Source: Corallochytrium limacisporum Hawaii (Eukaryota; Protista; Pluriformea). From it: 64,000 nucleotides of DNA. The stretch is taken from NCBI GenBank assembly GCA_002811645.1, contig PDIP01000067.1, positions 178,550 to 242,549 of the forward strand, written 5' to 3'. Shown here piece by piece: positions 22,242-34,615 of this stretch. A program made the position numbers and the translations under genes. Position 1 is the first letter of the stretch; the number at the start of each line of letters is the position of its first letter. The notes beneath the pieces were generated by a model, which was not told the DNA's origin, did not search any database, and worked only from the letters and a program-made list of their open reading frames with translations.

Positions 22242-22926
22242 CGTTGCTGTTCCTTTTGTGTAAAGCGCCCAGCTGTCAGCGCGTATCTAGAGGCTTGTGT
22301 TTCTGTTGTGTCTCTTACGAGTATTAAACGATCCAAACAAATATCTCTTTGTCTTGTAGAAAGAAGTATTCAATCGACCTCTTCCTTGCGCGAGGAAATA
22401 TACTTGTTTACATCACTAACGAAACGCCAATGAAAATTACACCATCTTGTTCTTTGCGTCAGTGCACTTCTTATCGCCTGTTCGTCTCTTCTCCCGCTTT
22501 TGGTTTTCGCTTTAACGATTGGAGTCAATCTCCTTGTCACAGGGTAAATCCAAATATGGACTAGTGAATCTCTCAGCTGCGGGGAAAAAAGTCTCCTTGT
22601 CTCTCCCACTTACGTCGATCAAAAGACTTCCTTGTTCCGTTTTCAGTCGCTTGCCCAAAATTCACTGCAAAGCAAAGTTTCAGCGTTTACTTATACGCAG
22701 ACCGTATTGGTTTGTATTCCTCAATACCGCCAACAATTGTCGTGAGTAGATGAGAACGTTCAATGTGCGTAGCATTGGGTGCTACATTTAAAGTAGCTCG
22801 ATGTGCAGAACCAGAGCCGCACAATAGTTTGTTATCTATCCGGGCCTAACATGGATATCCACAAAACACACACTCATTGTCTTCAAACATTTGGCAACTG
22901 CACATGACTCAAAAGGAAAGCCACCA

Positions 22927-22928
<2 letters not shown>

Positions 22929-22988
<60 letters not shown>
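22929..22988. repeat. (AC)30 microsatellite
   Basis: Uninterrupted AC run. Confidence 0.95.
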
Positions 22989-22995
<7 letters not shown>

Positions 22996-25900
22996 AGGAA
23001 CAATGCAAACACACCGAACGCAGCACTCCCCCCTCCCCGGGCGGGCTTTCACAAAAAGGCCAAAGAAATGTACAGCAAAACACAAGGGAAAGCGACTAAT
23101 AAAGGCCGGCCGCGTTCCTTTTTCTTTCCTTCCCCTTTTTTCCCTTTTTTTTTCTCTCCTTTTCCTCTTCCTCGGCGGGGGCGTACACCGTCATACACAT
23201 CCTCCCCTTCTCTCACCCGCTGCGCAGAATCCCTTCCCCCATATATTTTAAACTGTCTTCTTTTCACACACATTCCTTTTCCCGACTATTCCTGAGTACA
23301 ACCATGTAGGAGGACAAAAAGGTACGAAAAAAAGTAGGGTCTCGCTCTCTTGTGTGAGTGAGTGAGTGAGTATGTGAGACGGCGTGAGGTGTGGCGCATC
23401 GGTGTGGTCGACGGGAGAGTGTCAATCCGATTCGTCATGATCAGTACTTAATATACTAACAGTTTTTGCAAGAATTCCCGCACACCTTCAACTTCCGGCT
23501 TCTCCCTTCGCCGCCACATTTCACACTTCTGTCACGTCCCATTTTTCCTTTTTCTTTTTTGGGCACCGTGTGCTCGTGATGGTCCAATAGTAAATGTACT
23601 ACAAACACCGTACACAACTCAAATACACATCCCCCCAGCCAGAACACAAACATTTTCCTGCGCAGAATAATCTCGACGACACTTGGGCCCTCTGGTATTA
23701 CCCAATCTGTGCCTAACTGCACACCCCCTCCCCTCCTCCTTGCCTCGGCCCCAAACGGGTGATCTGTGGTTTTCCTAGATAATGTATTGGATGCGCTCGG
23801 CCAACGTTGTGGACTTTGCAAGCCCCCCTTCGCAAAAAAAAGGATTGATTATTGATTCCTCCCTCCCTCTCCTCTCCCCCGTCCGCCACCTCCCCCCCCA
23901 AAAAAATCCCAAACGAGCATTTTGTGCGTTGGCAAAAAAATTTGATCAGCAGACCCTTGCTGCCCCCCCCCCCTCTCCTCTCCTTTACCATTGCCCATTC
24001 GTCCCCCGTCGTTTCAACCTTTCGTTTCTTCGTTGTCTTCTCTCCCTCCCCACCCACCCCCTCCCCTTCTTCGCTCTCTCCCCGTTTGCCCAAACTGAGC
24101 AGGAGTGGGGGACGGCAGAGGGAGGGGATCGCGAAAAGAGGAGCGAGCACGAAAGATCCGACATAAAGGCAAGCGTCAGGAGATGGTATGACGGACAAGA
24201 GAAGTCATATCTATCGGGCTCTGACATCCATATATTGAGTACTTAAAGAGAGCAGACGCTGTTGCGTTGGAGTTGTTGGGCCCATCTTTTTGGTGGTTAT
24301 GGATTTTCAACTCTGCCTCAGTTTTCTCCTGAATCTGTTCGTGCCCCGTTCGGGCCCCTCCAATGCTTCTATCCAACACGAACTGGGAAAGTCCCACCAA
24401 GGTGGCAATATGTTGCAGTTTTCCCAGTTAGCTGGACATTTGGTAGGTGAAAGTATTACGCAAGAGTACGTGCCAGACCTATCATACCTACTGAACACGG
24501 TTGGGGATGTCCCGCTTGGGTGGGTAGCGTGTGAGAGGAGATATTAAAAAGAAAGAAAATTGGTGGTGGTGGTTTCCCATAGGATACCGTTTACCTACAT
24601 TTTATTCTGCATCCGGCTGGGAAAAATAGCAAGTTGATTAGCATTGCGGATCGTTACACCGATTCCTTCCTTCAGGGGCGCCGTGCGTTCGGACTTCACC
24701 GGTCTGTACATTTCCTATACTGAGAGAAAGGGCTTAGATTCGCGAACGAATGGACAGTGGAACCTTGCCCCGTTTGTTCCCGAGTCCATTACCTGCTGTC
24801 CTTTCGATTCAACAGCAGACCACCGATTTTCCAGAAAATGTGCGGGCGTCAAGTACTGAAAGCATAGAGAATTACACCAACCGCACAGGAAAGGTTCGGG
24901 AATGAAATAGAAATAGAGAGTTGAAGTGAGGGATCCTTCGACATTGTTTCCGCTTCGCGTCACGAGACAGGAAATATTTGGTATTCCGCAATGGTGACAT
25001 AGGCTCGTATGGTGTCATCTCCATATATTTTGTACTGGAATAAAAAAGGATGGGGGCCTAAATGATACCCGCTAATGAGACCGGATCCCGAGGCGAGTGT
25101 GTGAGGGGCGGGGGTGCCGTTTAAACTCTCCTCCCCCGTGGGTCCGGGTGGGAGCCGAGCTTGGCGAGAAAGAATTGGTGCGCCAGCTACTACTGCACTC
25201 CCCACCCTGTCCTGTGTCCCCGAAATCGGAGCTAAATCTACCTCAGATAGGTTCACCACTTTCCATTTTGATAACAGTGCGATGGTTGAAATACACGGTA
25301 CTTTTCGTTCTGATCCGTCCCGCTGTTGATGATTATCGATGGGCCAAGTCATCGACGAACCAGACCCTTTTGTTTCTTTCGAGGTCCTTGGCTATGGCTC
25401 GAGTGTGTGGATAGCCGTCTCCCTCGGCGACTGCAATTCTTGTTTCTGTCCTTGTCTCGGTTTCCTTATCTTGTTCTTTTCCTTTGCGGTTGAATACAAA
25501 TTTCCAGAAATAGGGTGTGAATATACAGCGGAAAATCTGTGGAGAAAAAAATTAGCATAGAAATCGGGAACGCAACACAGAGACTGCTCCCGGTTGAAAA
25601 CAGCGAGGGAACACAGACAGAACCGTAGAATTGTCCCGAGAAGGCCTACCCACTAAAATTTTTGCTATTATTTACTATAGGAGACGATTTTTAGCAGCGT
25701 CACCCAATTTTTTATCTTCTGCTCGGAGCAGGATTGCACGAAACTGTGATCAGTACAGTCACACCAGTGACCGATCGAAGGGGGAGACACGCCGTTCATA
25801 AAATTTGAATGGCATAGTATTATTATCGAAGGCAACATTGAACTGTGTAGAGGGAGGGTCAGGAACGTCTTTGGTCCAAGGATCATAGAAATTTAAGGGT

Positions 25901-27843
25901 GGAAAAAAGGAGAGTCCCTGAGTGCGTAATACTTAATGTACTTAGATCTCTTAGCTAGTTTGAATCATCACCACAGTAGGGTTCAGATGATATAATTTCC
26001 ATCGCGGGATGTATGTTGATCAATTTGACGGGGACGGCAAAAACGTTAGTGCATTCACTATAAATTCTTCTGGTCCATTGCGACTTTCAATTTTTTGAAG
26101 CGAGCAGAAACTTTTCGTTCCGTTATTGCATATTCTTTCTTTATTTTATTTTTTCGTGTTGGACAAACCACAACAAATGCAACTGTAGAAGTTTCAATAT
26201 CTTCGTTTTCAATAATGAATGTGTGCATAAAGCTATACGGGTCTGCCAAAAGCTATGCAAGCCCCACTGCGTTCTCCATCTCCCCCTTCTCTCCTGACCC
26301 AAGGGAGACGATAGGGACCGTACACAATTTTTCTTGGGAGTCATTTTTGTACTGAACCAGAAAGCAAAGATTTCTTCGCAGGAGAGTGGGGGAGGGCACA
26401 CTCCGTTTGTGTACGTACATTACATACTGCGCACCGCCCTCTCTTCTTTCCCCGGCCGGCGAAAACGGGACGTGGTTGGCTGCATTTGCATGACGAAAGC
26501 AGTTTTTCCTTTCTCTGGTTTGCTGCTCCTTCTCTTTGGCTTTTTGTTGGAGAGTGGTCCCTGTTTCCCCCTTCCCTCCGCACACACAACAACAAAGCCT
26601 TCTTTGGCTCTGTTGTGCAAAATAGCCCGCATTCTTGGAGGCTGCGCCTCACGAAAAGAAAAACCAACCTTCCCCTTTTTAGCGCCTCGCCTCCATCGCC
26701 TCCCCCGCTCCTTATTTGGATTTGATTCTTCAATCAGAGATACTAAAGTATGCCGATGTACCTAACGTAGCAAGTTTTGCTGACAATTAATCAACACCTA
26801 TTGATTTGATTCCCCTTTCTCAGCCTTTCTCTCAGCTCTCTCGCTCTCTCTCTGTGCGCCCAGTGTCTGCCCTTTTGCCTGCGCCTCTTCGCTCCGATTT
26901 GCTCTTCTCATTTCTCCCTTCTTCTCCCCTTGCGCACCAAACACACCCCAACCACTTCGCAAAAGAGTTGGTTGGTGTTTCGTCTTTGTAAACGCGGAAA
27001 AAAAAAGAGTTGAACAGGCGCGCGGCGGGCGTGTGGGTCCCCCTCCCCCCCTTCCGGGGGCCCTCCTTCGCGGCCAAAGAAAAGAGTGGGTCCTCTCTCC
27101 TTGCCGCTTCATCTCTTGCGCGCGCGGGAGGGGTGGGAATTCTTGGTATTTTCGTGTTGGTTGTGTATGTTTGGGACCCACTTTGGCGTTTTGGGTTGCT
27201 CCCAAATTCCAACAACTCTCGCACACCGTCTTATTACGCGCAATGGGCACCTTTCTCTCTCTTCCCCCCNNNNNNNNNNNNNNNNNNNNNNNNNNNNNNN
27301 NNNNNNNNNNNNNNNNNNNNNNNNNNNNNNNNNNNNNNNNNNNNNNNNNNNNNNNNNNNNNNNNNNNNNNNNNNNNNNNNNNNNNNNNNNNNNNNNNNNN
27401 NNNNNNNNNNNNNNNNNNNNNCCTGTCTCTCTCTCTCTCTCTCCACCACCCCAAGGAAGCGGCGGCGGTGAGAGTGTGTGCGTGTGTGCCAAGAAATCAA
27501 AAGCAATTAAATATTTGTGGCGCTAAATGTGCCGATTCTAAATTTTCATAATGAATGTTAGGGAGCGGCTGCAAAGTCTGAAACGGGAATAAAATTTACC
27601 AACTGGGTAGGCGCAAACACCGCCTCGACGGGATGGCTTTGGGGCCAAGAAGAAAAACTTTTCTTGAACCCCACTCTCCGTCCGGACAGTCAGACTCTAC
27701 ACCGAAGGAAAGGGGGAAAGAAAAGGAAGGAAAAGAGAGAGAAGCAAGAGAAAACGAACAAAATGACTTAGGCGAGAAGTGAGGGAGAAGCACACACGGG
27801 GGAGTTGGGTGGCCCGCTTGCTCCGAAGACAAATTCCCAAGCA

Positions 27844-27844
<1 letters not shown>

Positions 27845-27906
<62 letters not shown>

Positions 27907-28039
27907 NNNNNNNNNNNNNNNNNNNNNNNNNNNNNNNNNNNNNNNNNNNNNNNNNNNNNNNNNNNNNNNNNNNNAAGTGAGGGAGAAGCACACACGGGGG
28001 AGTTGGGTGGCCCGCTTGCTCCGAAGACAAATTCCCAAG

Positions 28040-28090
<51 letters not shown>

Positions 28091-28107
28091 GAGAGAGAGA
28101 GAGAGAG
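27845..28107. repeat. (GA)n microsatellite tracts on both sides of an assembly gap
   Basis: GA runs at 27845-27906 and about 28042-28107. Confidence 0.85.
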
Positions 28108-29748
28108 GCAAAACGCCTCAATTGTTGCCTCTAAGACCTGCTGCTGCTGCTCCTCAAAGGGAGGGAGGGGAGGTTTAGAGTTGGGTTTTCCGGCAGTGAC
28201 GCGGCGCCTAGAACACTGTGAGGAAATCGAGGGAGAGTTGTGTGATGGTGCGCGCACGAAGCGAGGTTTGTATAACGCGGTCCCCACAAAGGACGGAGCA
28301 ACCCACCATGGTGAACGAGATACAGAAGCCCGTCGTAAAACGTGCCAAAGGTGTGCGAGAGAAGGCCTTGGGACCCCCCCCCTCCCCTCTCCTCCAACTT
28401 CCATCCCTTCCCTCTCCCCGCACTCCGGAGTCAGTCCCAGCTTGCTCGGGCATTTTCCTTTGAGTGTGTGCTGTGCAGCTTCTTCGTGTGGTTCTTGCGG
28501 GTATATACTCAATCTCTCTGTCTCTCTGTCTCTCGCTCTCTGTGTGTCTGTGTGCATGTATGTGTGCTACGATTAGTACACACTTTCTCGTGACCTAAGA
28601 AAGTCAAAAAGGAGATCTGTTGTTCTGTCCAATCTGCCTGCCGGAGAACAGTCGTCTGCTGCCCCGCCCTTCCCCTTCCGTGCCAGGCATTTGGAAGGAT
28701 GGAATGGTGTCTGTGTTTCTGTGCACTGTTTGGATGCCAACATGCAGCAAGCGGCATGAGCCGCAAAAAGGAACCGTTGGCCACGCACCACACACACCGC
28801 GACCCAAAGCAAACACACTCGGTAGAGAGCGACTGGTTTGTTTGTGACAGGGCGAGCAGGGATCACCGGAGCTTGTGCCCACATGCGCGCTTATGTGCAT
28901 TTGGCTGCCTAAAAAGTTTCTCCACTCCGTGCGCTTCTTTGCTCTTCTTCCTACAGGGGTCCGCGCAGCATCGCATCCCCGGACCGTCTGCTCTCGTCGG
29001 GTTCATGGTACAGTGCATGTGCCAAGACTCCTGCATTCCGGTAATATGTCAGCTTTTGCGACAATCAGTGACCCTAATCCATGGAAAGGGCACCCCTTTA
29101 CGTGTTCTTCCCCAAATCTATGTCTACGTAATGTTTTCCGAGTACACACTCCCGCTGCGCAGTCTAGGGACGAAAGCATCGGGCAAGGATGCGGAATTTT
29201 TTCTCCTTCGCTGGGTCAGAAACCCGCGCTAGCGACCAATACGCGCAGTCCGTGTTCAGGCAACCCCCCAGCCCCTCCTCCCCCGCCTCGCCCCGGGGGA
29301 GGGGAGGGGATGTGGGCCAGTTCCAGCAGCAAAAAATTAGTTGTCTACGAGTGGCATCCTGGATGCCGAGTGGCATGACGGTACGGGTACGGGTACAGGT
29401 AACGTACAGATGTAAGTACGTGTCCCGCTGCAGCAGCTTTGCGTATTCCGCAAAACAATCCCCCTAATGTGATGCCTCGCATTGGCTGGAAGTGCTCGGG
29501 ACAATTGTTGCGGTGGGGATCATTGCGGATGGACACGGGCAACGACGCGAGTTTGAAACCATCAGGTTAAATGAAGATGTAGCGGACATGTGTGTAGGAT
29601 ATCAGAGCCGACGACGACGACGGGGTTGTGACACAGTGTGTCTACAAAGAAAGTGTAAAATGTATTTCGGCATGTGATGGATGTTTAGTTTTCCCTCAGT
29701 GCCATCCTACCTCAACAGGTGACATCATCCAACGTCTCACAGACTGCC

Positions 29749-32700
29749 TCATGCAGCCGTATTGATGTAGTTGTCAAAGTCAAATTCTTGATAGGACGGT
29801 ATGTAATCACCGTTGAAGATGCAGTGTAGAGCCATGTCCTCAATTCCAGGAGTGTCATGGTTTCTGTCAGTGATCAAATTAGGTAGAAGCTTAGGGGTTA
29901 TGACAAAAGTCTGCGACCTACTCTCGGCACTCGAGCTCACCTCCATGACCTTCTGGAAGACCGCTCGCTCATTGTCAGGGTCCATGCCCTGGTTGATCTC
30001 ATCCACGAGACGGAATGGGCAGGAAATCTGACGCTGTAATGCGAGCAGATACAGCATTGTGGACACGGTACGCTCACCACCGGAGTGGGTGCCTGCGTTG
30101 AGTGCCTGTTCGGGCTCACTGTTTCGGAAGCGAACCATGATTTCAATGCCCCACATCATGACGTCCCTGTTGCTCATGTTGAGACGGACCGAACCGTTAC
30201 AATTAATGGAGATGAAGAAACGACGAAAGTCCTCGTTGATACCGTCTATGTGGGCCTGCATGGGCTCCAGCCACTCGCGTTTGGCCGCCTCGAATTCCGC
30301 TTCTGAGTTCTCGTTGCTGGCGCGGGCCTCTTCCAGTTGCTGCCTCACTGCGGCGAGATCAGTTTCCACCTGCTGGTGCTCCCGAATACGCTCTTGGTTG
30401 GGTTGTTGGATGTGCTCCAATTCGTTAGATACACGGCGATACTGGCGATTGGCTTCTTCAACATCGGGTCGAAATTTGACGGGATCCTCGTCTGGCAGAC
30501 CAGCAATTCTTTCCTCCGACACCTCGTGTTCACGCAGGAGCTCCCGCAACGACCGCTTCTGCGATCGGAACACTCTCTTCGCTTCTTCCATATTGCTCCT
30601 AAAACTCTCACGAACCTGGGCAGTCGTGCCATGCTCCGCCTCCATTTCTCGTAGTCTATTGCTCAGGACCACACGTCGTGAATTTAACTGCTCCATCTCC
30701 AGGGCAGTCATGGCAGCCGATTCAATGGCAGTCACCTCAGCTTCGTGGGCCTTGACGGCTGCGTCGACAGCCTCTAGTTTGTTGGGAAGCGCCTCAACAA
30801 GTTTACGGCGCAGGCTCTGTTCTTGGCGATCTGCGTCTGCGAAACTGTTCTTGTGGGAGGCCAAAGTATCTTGAAGACGCTGCAGATCCTGCTGCAAAGT
30901 CCTGCGTTGGTTTATAGTTTTCGTCATGGAACGCAGATCCGCGTTCAACGGCTCAAGCTTCGCGTCAATCTCCCTCTCCTGCTCCAAACACATTGTATGC
31001 TCGGTCTCCTTGGCTTGTATGCCTTCTAATGACCTATCCAGAGCTCCCTTGCAGCGCTTCAGCTGCTCTCGGTCCACGCTCTGATGGAGGAACTGTGCCC
31101 TCCGGGTATAAGCAAACGTGTGCTGGATGGCATCATCAACAACCGACTTCTTCATCTTGACGGAAATTCCTGGGGCGTAGAAATGCTTACATCCGTTTTC
31201 GATTAGCCTCGGAGCCAGTCGATCCACCGTTGCCATGTCAATGTCCGTCTTCTTGATCAGAATATTGGATATGTTGCAGCGCACGATGAGTGTCTTGATC
31301 ACATCCCCTGCTGCCGTCATGGAGCGTGCGAGCGTGGTGTCGAAACCCAGCGCCTCTATTTCCTCCTGCGAAAGCTCCTTCCTGTTTTTGCTCTGCCAAT
31401 CGTTCCATTCAGCCGTGTTGGGAGCCATGAGAATGTTAATGGGGATTTGGCTTCGTTCACGGATTTCAGTCAGCAACAAGTCACGATCACGAGTATCAGT
31501 GCACACAAAAGACTGCAGGTGCCTGATCGCGACGGCACTTTCTACCATGGCAGCCATGGGGCCATCTACATTGAGTTCGACAGCCAGCGGCAAGAAAACC
31601 TTGCCGCGGAGACGCGATCCATCTGCAAACCGCTCACGGTACATGTCAATCGCTCGGGTGGTCTGTTCAAAGGCTCTAATGCTGCGCAAGAGCCTGATGC
31701 GCTGTTCTTGAGCGTTATCCGCATCCTTGTAGTCCCTGGCAAGTCGCTGGTGCCGGTTTCTCAGGTTGGCAAGCTCATTACTGATCTGGGCACCTTGGGT
31801 CTTAATTTCGTTGCGCTCGCTTTGATACTGGGTCACTTCCTGCTTTTTTGCCTGGTATTCCGGCATCATGGGTTCCGGATCAGGGGCGTTGGCTAGCTTG
31901 TCTTCGATCTGGGATATGTTCTTTTCCGTCTGATCAATATTGGATTTCAGTTTACGCTTTCGCAGCTCGCTTGTCTCCAGATCGGATCTAATTATCTGCG
32001 TTTCCGACTCGACTTGCTCCACCTTGTTTGCTTTAGCCCGGGCGTCGGCACCTGCCTTTTGGCGCCTCCTGTTGGCCTCCCGCCATGTCTCATGAATCGT
32101 ATGATACTCCTGCTCAGCCAGGGCCACGGCCTCCCGTAATGGGGCCAGTTGCTCTTCAATATCCTTATAGTTTTGTTCAAAGTGCTGATACTCCTCCACA
32201 GCCTGATCATATCTATCCTTGGACTGCGACAGCGTCAAGTAGGTGGCATGTAGGTGCAGCCACTTCACCTGCTCCCGTAAATCATCGAGGCGCTCAGCCC
32301 TCTGTACGTGTACAGCTAGGGACTCGAGTCGTCTCTCCAGAGCTCGGATCCGCTCCTCCATACCCTTCAGACTCCCAGCGTTGGCATTATTTTGTGCAGC
32401 AACGTCTGCAAGATGCCTTTGTTTATCAAGCAAATCTGGCTCCAGCGCAGTCTGAGTGCTCCGAAGCAATTCATGGGGTTTCTGACGCGTGAACTCCGAA
32501 ACCTTCTCTTGTGGTAGGCACTGGCACAAATTGTCCATATCAATGTTCAAGCGATATCTTGCTTCCTTCACAGCACGCTTGGTGCACTGGCTCCCATTCA
32601 TTGTGTACACCATCTTGTTGCTCTGATCAATGGTGCAAGTAATTGCTAGGATTCCCTTCCTTTGGGAAGAATCACGGATATCAAACTCGATGACAGCCTT

Positions 32701-33087
32701 TCGTTCTCCACTGCGAACGAAGTCCTTGGCCTGCATATTGATGGATTTTCGCTTGATCACGTCAATGCTGTATCCGAGGGCCAAAACCATTGCGGAAACT
32801 ACAGATGACTTGCCTGCACCGTTGGGTCCAATCACCAGATTCAGTTTGGGCTGCGGATAGAATTGTGCTTCCCGATACACTGTAATATTCTTTAACTTGA
32901 TCCGCACAATCTGTCCATCCCTAAAGTCACCCAAAGGGGTGGGATTTCCGCATCGTCCCACCATGAGGTGTTGTTGCCGATAATCGCACAGTGATATTGA
33001 CCTTCGTGACTTGAAACGAATGTACATTGACGTGTCACTTTCGATCCCGACTCTTGTATACCGCACCGGCATTCCACATCTCGCCAT
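29749..33087 (-). CDS. SMC5: Structural maintenance of chromosomes protein 5
   Basis: Walker A LNLVIGPNGAGKSSVV, SMC5-typical NLCQCLPQEKVSEF, long coiled coils, signature HSGGERTVSTMLYLLALQ and Walker B PFRLVDEINQGMDPDNER. Start is ATG 33087 or, more likely, 32964. Confidence 0.96.
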   Translation of the reverse strand: MARCGMPVRYTRVGIESDTSMYIRFKSRRSISLCDYRQQHLMVGRCGNPTPLGDFRDGQIVRIKLKNITVYREAQFYPQPKLNLVIGPNGAGKSSVVSAMVLALGYSIDVIKRKSINMQAKDFVRSGERKAVIEFDIRDSSQRKGILAITCTIDQSNKMVYTMNGSQCTKRAVKEARYRLNIDMDNLCQCLPQEKVSEFTRQKPHELLRSTQTALEPDLLDKQRHLADVAAQNNANAGSLKGMEERIRALERRLESLAVHVQRAERLDDLREQVKWLHLHATYLTLSQSKDRYDQAVEEYQHFEQNYKDIEEQLAPLREAVALAEQEYHTIHETWREANRRRQKAGADARAKANKVEQVESETQIIRSDLETSELRKRKLKSNIDQTEKNISQIEDKLANAPDPEPMMPEYQAKKQEVTQYQSERNEIKTQGAQISNELANLRNRHQRLARDYKDADNAQEQRIRLLRSIRAFEQTTRAIDMYRERFADGSRLRGKVFLPLAVELNVDGPMAAMVESAVAIRHLQSFVCTDTRDRDLLLTEIRERSQIPINILMAPNTAEWNDWQSKNRKELSQEEIEALGFDTTLARSMTAAGDVIKTLIVRCNISNILIKKTDIDMATVDRLAPRLIENGCKHFYAPGISVKMKKSVVDDAIQHTFAYTRRAQFLHQSVDREQLKRCKGALDRSLEGIQAKETEHTMCLEQEREIDAKLEPLNADLRSMTKTINQRRTLQQDLQRLQDTLASHKNSFADADRQEQSLRRKLVEALPNKLEAVDAAVKAHEAEVTAIESAAMTALEMEQLNSRRVVLSNRLREMEAEHGTTAQVRESFRSNMEEAKRVFRSQKRSLRELLREHEVSEERIAGLPDEDPVKFRPDVEEANRQYRRVSNELEHIQQPNQERIREHQQVETDLAAVRQQLEEARASNENSEAEFEAAKREWLEPMQAHIDGINEDFRRFFISINCNGSVRLNMSNRDVMMWGIEIMVRFRNSEPEQALNAGTHSGGERTVSTMLYLLALQRQISCPFRLVDEINQGMDPDNERAVFQKVMEVSSSAESRSQTFVITPKLLPNLITDRNHDTPGIEDMALHCIFNGDYIPSYQEFDFDNYINTAA

Positions 33088-33258
33088 GGTATCCACCGTA
33101 CTGTACACAAGAGCATACCAACATGCTAGTGCAATAATCCTGCCTCACAAAACCACTAAGAAAGAAAACCCCTCGAAATTGTGAGGCAGTATGTCTGAAC
33201 TCAAGAACCGGATCATTTGCCTGTGCTCAGCTCGAGCGGGCTCTCCCTGGCGCCCATT

Positions 33259-33266
33259 TTTCGCGC
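33259..33266. promoter_or_regulatory. E2F consensus site TTTCGCGC upstream of SMC5
   Basis: Perfect TTTSSCGC match in the divergent SMC5/eIF3k intergenic region. Confidence 0.5.
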
Positions 33267-33658
33267 CCACAGCCGGCAGGCTAATTTATATCCGGACTTT
33301 CAATACTTTCAGTTTTCGGGAGTCCTGAGGAGGAGGCGAACTGTGGCCCTCCATTGTTTCATTCTCTGCCACTCTCCACCACCTCTCTACCCCTCACGTG
33401 GCCCAGAGGGTCAACACCGACCAGTCCGCGTTTTTGTGTGCTGCACAGTTGGCAGGCATTCCCACTCACGTTGCAAGTGTAATCTTTCCAAGAGTACTCA
33501 ACTGCAGCCTTGAGATCGGAAATACCACCCTTCCGCTTGGGCATTTGGGCGCAGAACGAGCCTGTGCGACGGTTCCTGCTACGATTAGTCGACTTTGTTA
33601 CTTTTGGCAATACCATTTTGTCGGGGTAAAACTAAAAGCTATTTTGGGTCAGTAGAAA

Positions 33659-33799
33659 GTAAGATCGCGTTTTGTAGTGGATACGATTTGAAAAGTGGTA
33701 TCACATCATTGGAGAAGGATTTTGTAAAGAGACACAGCTGAGAGATATCGGCTTTGGGGCTTCGTATGCAAATCAACGGGAAGTTACTGACCAACACAG
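33659..33799 (+). other. Putative 5'-UTR intron of eIF3k
   Basis: GTAAGA donor at 33659, TACTGAC branch at 33785-33791, CAG at 33797-33799. Confidence 0.55.
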
Positions 33800-33822
33800 A
33801 ATAGACATAAGTTACGACAACG

Positions 33823-34461
33823 ATGCCAGACGCAACCATTGGATCCATCGACCGGTACAACCCGGAAAACATTGACCTCCTGGAGGAGCACGTGAACACT
33901 CTTGCAGAGTCTCAGAGCTTTGATATTGAGGCATGCATGGCTGTATTGAAATTGTACCAGTTCAATGTTGACCGCTTTAACGTTAAAGTCGTGGTGAAGA
34001 TCCTTCTAATGGCTATCATGCAGCTTCCGGACCCGGCCTTCATGCTCTGTCTGTATCTCCTGCCGGAGGATCAGCTCGCCAACGAACACATTGGTAAGGC
34101 CATCTACTTACAGCAGCTTCTTGAGACTTGCAATTTTGACCAGTTTTGGGAGGAGGTCAAGTCCTGCGAGAACGAGCTACTGGATGGCGTCAAGGGATTC
34201 GACGACCATGTTCGCATCTTCATTGAGGGTGTCGTAACTCGCAGCCATCAATCTATCGAGGCAACCAACCTGCGGACGTACCTGCACATGGAGGAGGCCC
34301 ATTTCCAGGGCTATGTGAAGGATCACCCGGAGTGGATCATGAAGGACGGTGTCCTGCACTTCGGTAAAGATATGGAAGCTGAAGTCAAGCCCAAGAATAT
34401 TGTTGAGCGTATCGATTTCAACGACCTCACAAACATGATGGCATCGTCCATGCGCCGCTGA
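33823..34461 (+). CDS. EIF3K: Eukaryotic translation initiation factor 3 subunit K
   Basis: IDRYNPENIDLLEEHV, AVLKLYQFN, LLETCNFDQFW, GFDDHVRIFI and KPKNIVERIDF. Confidence 0.96.
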   Translation: MPDATIGSIDRYNPENIDLLEEHVNTLAESQSFDIEACMAVLKLYQFNVDRFNVKVVVKILLMAIMQLPDPAFMLCLYLLPEDQLANEHIGKAIYLQQLLETCNFDQFWEEVKSCENELLDGVKGFDDHVRIFIEGVVTRSHQSIEATNLRTYLHMEEAHFQGYVKDHPEWIMKDGVLHFGKDMEAEVKPKNIVERIDFNDLTNMMASSMRR

Positions 34462-34615
34462 CCCAGGCAAAGGCGCTCTTCATTTACAGTTCCAATTCCA
34501 TGTGACATAGTAATCATATACAGCAATGAATAATCAAGAGTTTAGGCATCAATGGATTGGTGAGATTGCACATGTGACCAACAGTTTCTCGTTTATAGCT
34601 TCTGCAGCTGTGTTC

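Noticed and set aside
27777-28050. About 75-bp exact direct repeat on either side of the N-gap at 27907-27974
   Set aside because: Identical sequence leading into a GA microsatellite on both sides of a scaffold gap is typical of an unmerged contig overlap, not a real duplication.
22877-29700. Many 60-290 aa ORFs in the long intergenic region
   Set aside because: They are translations of CA/GA microsatellites, G/C tracts and N-gaps.
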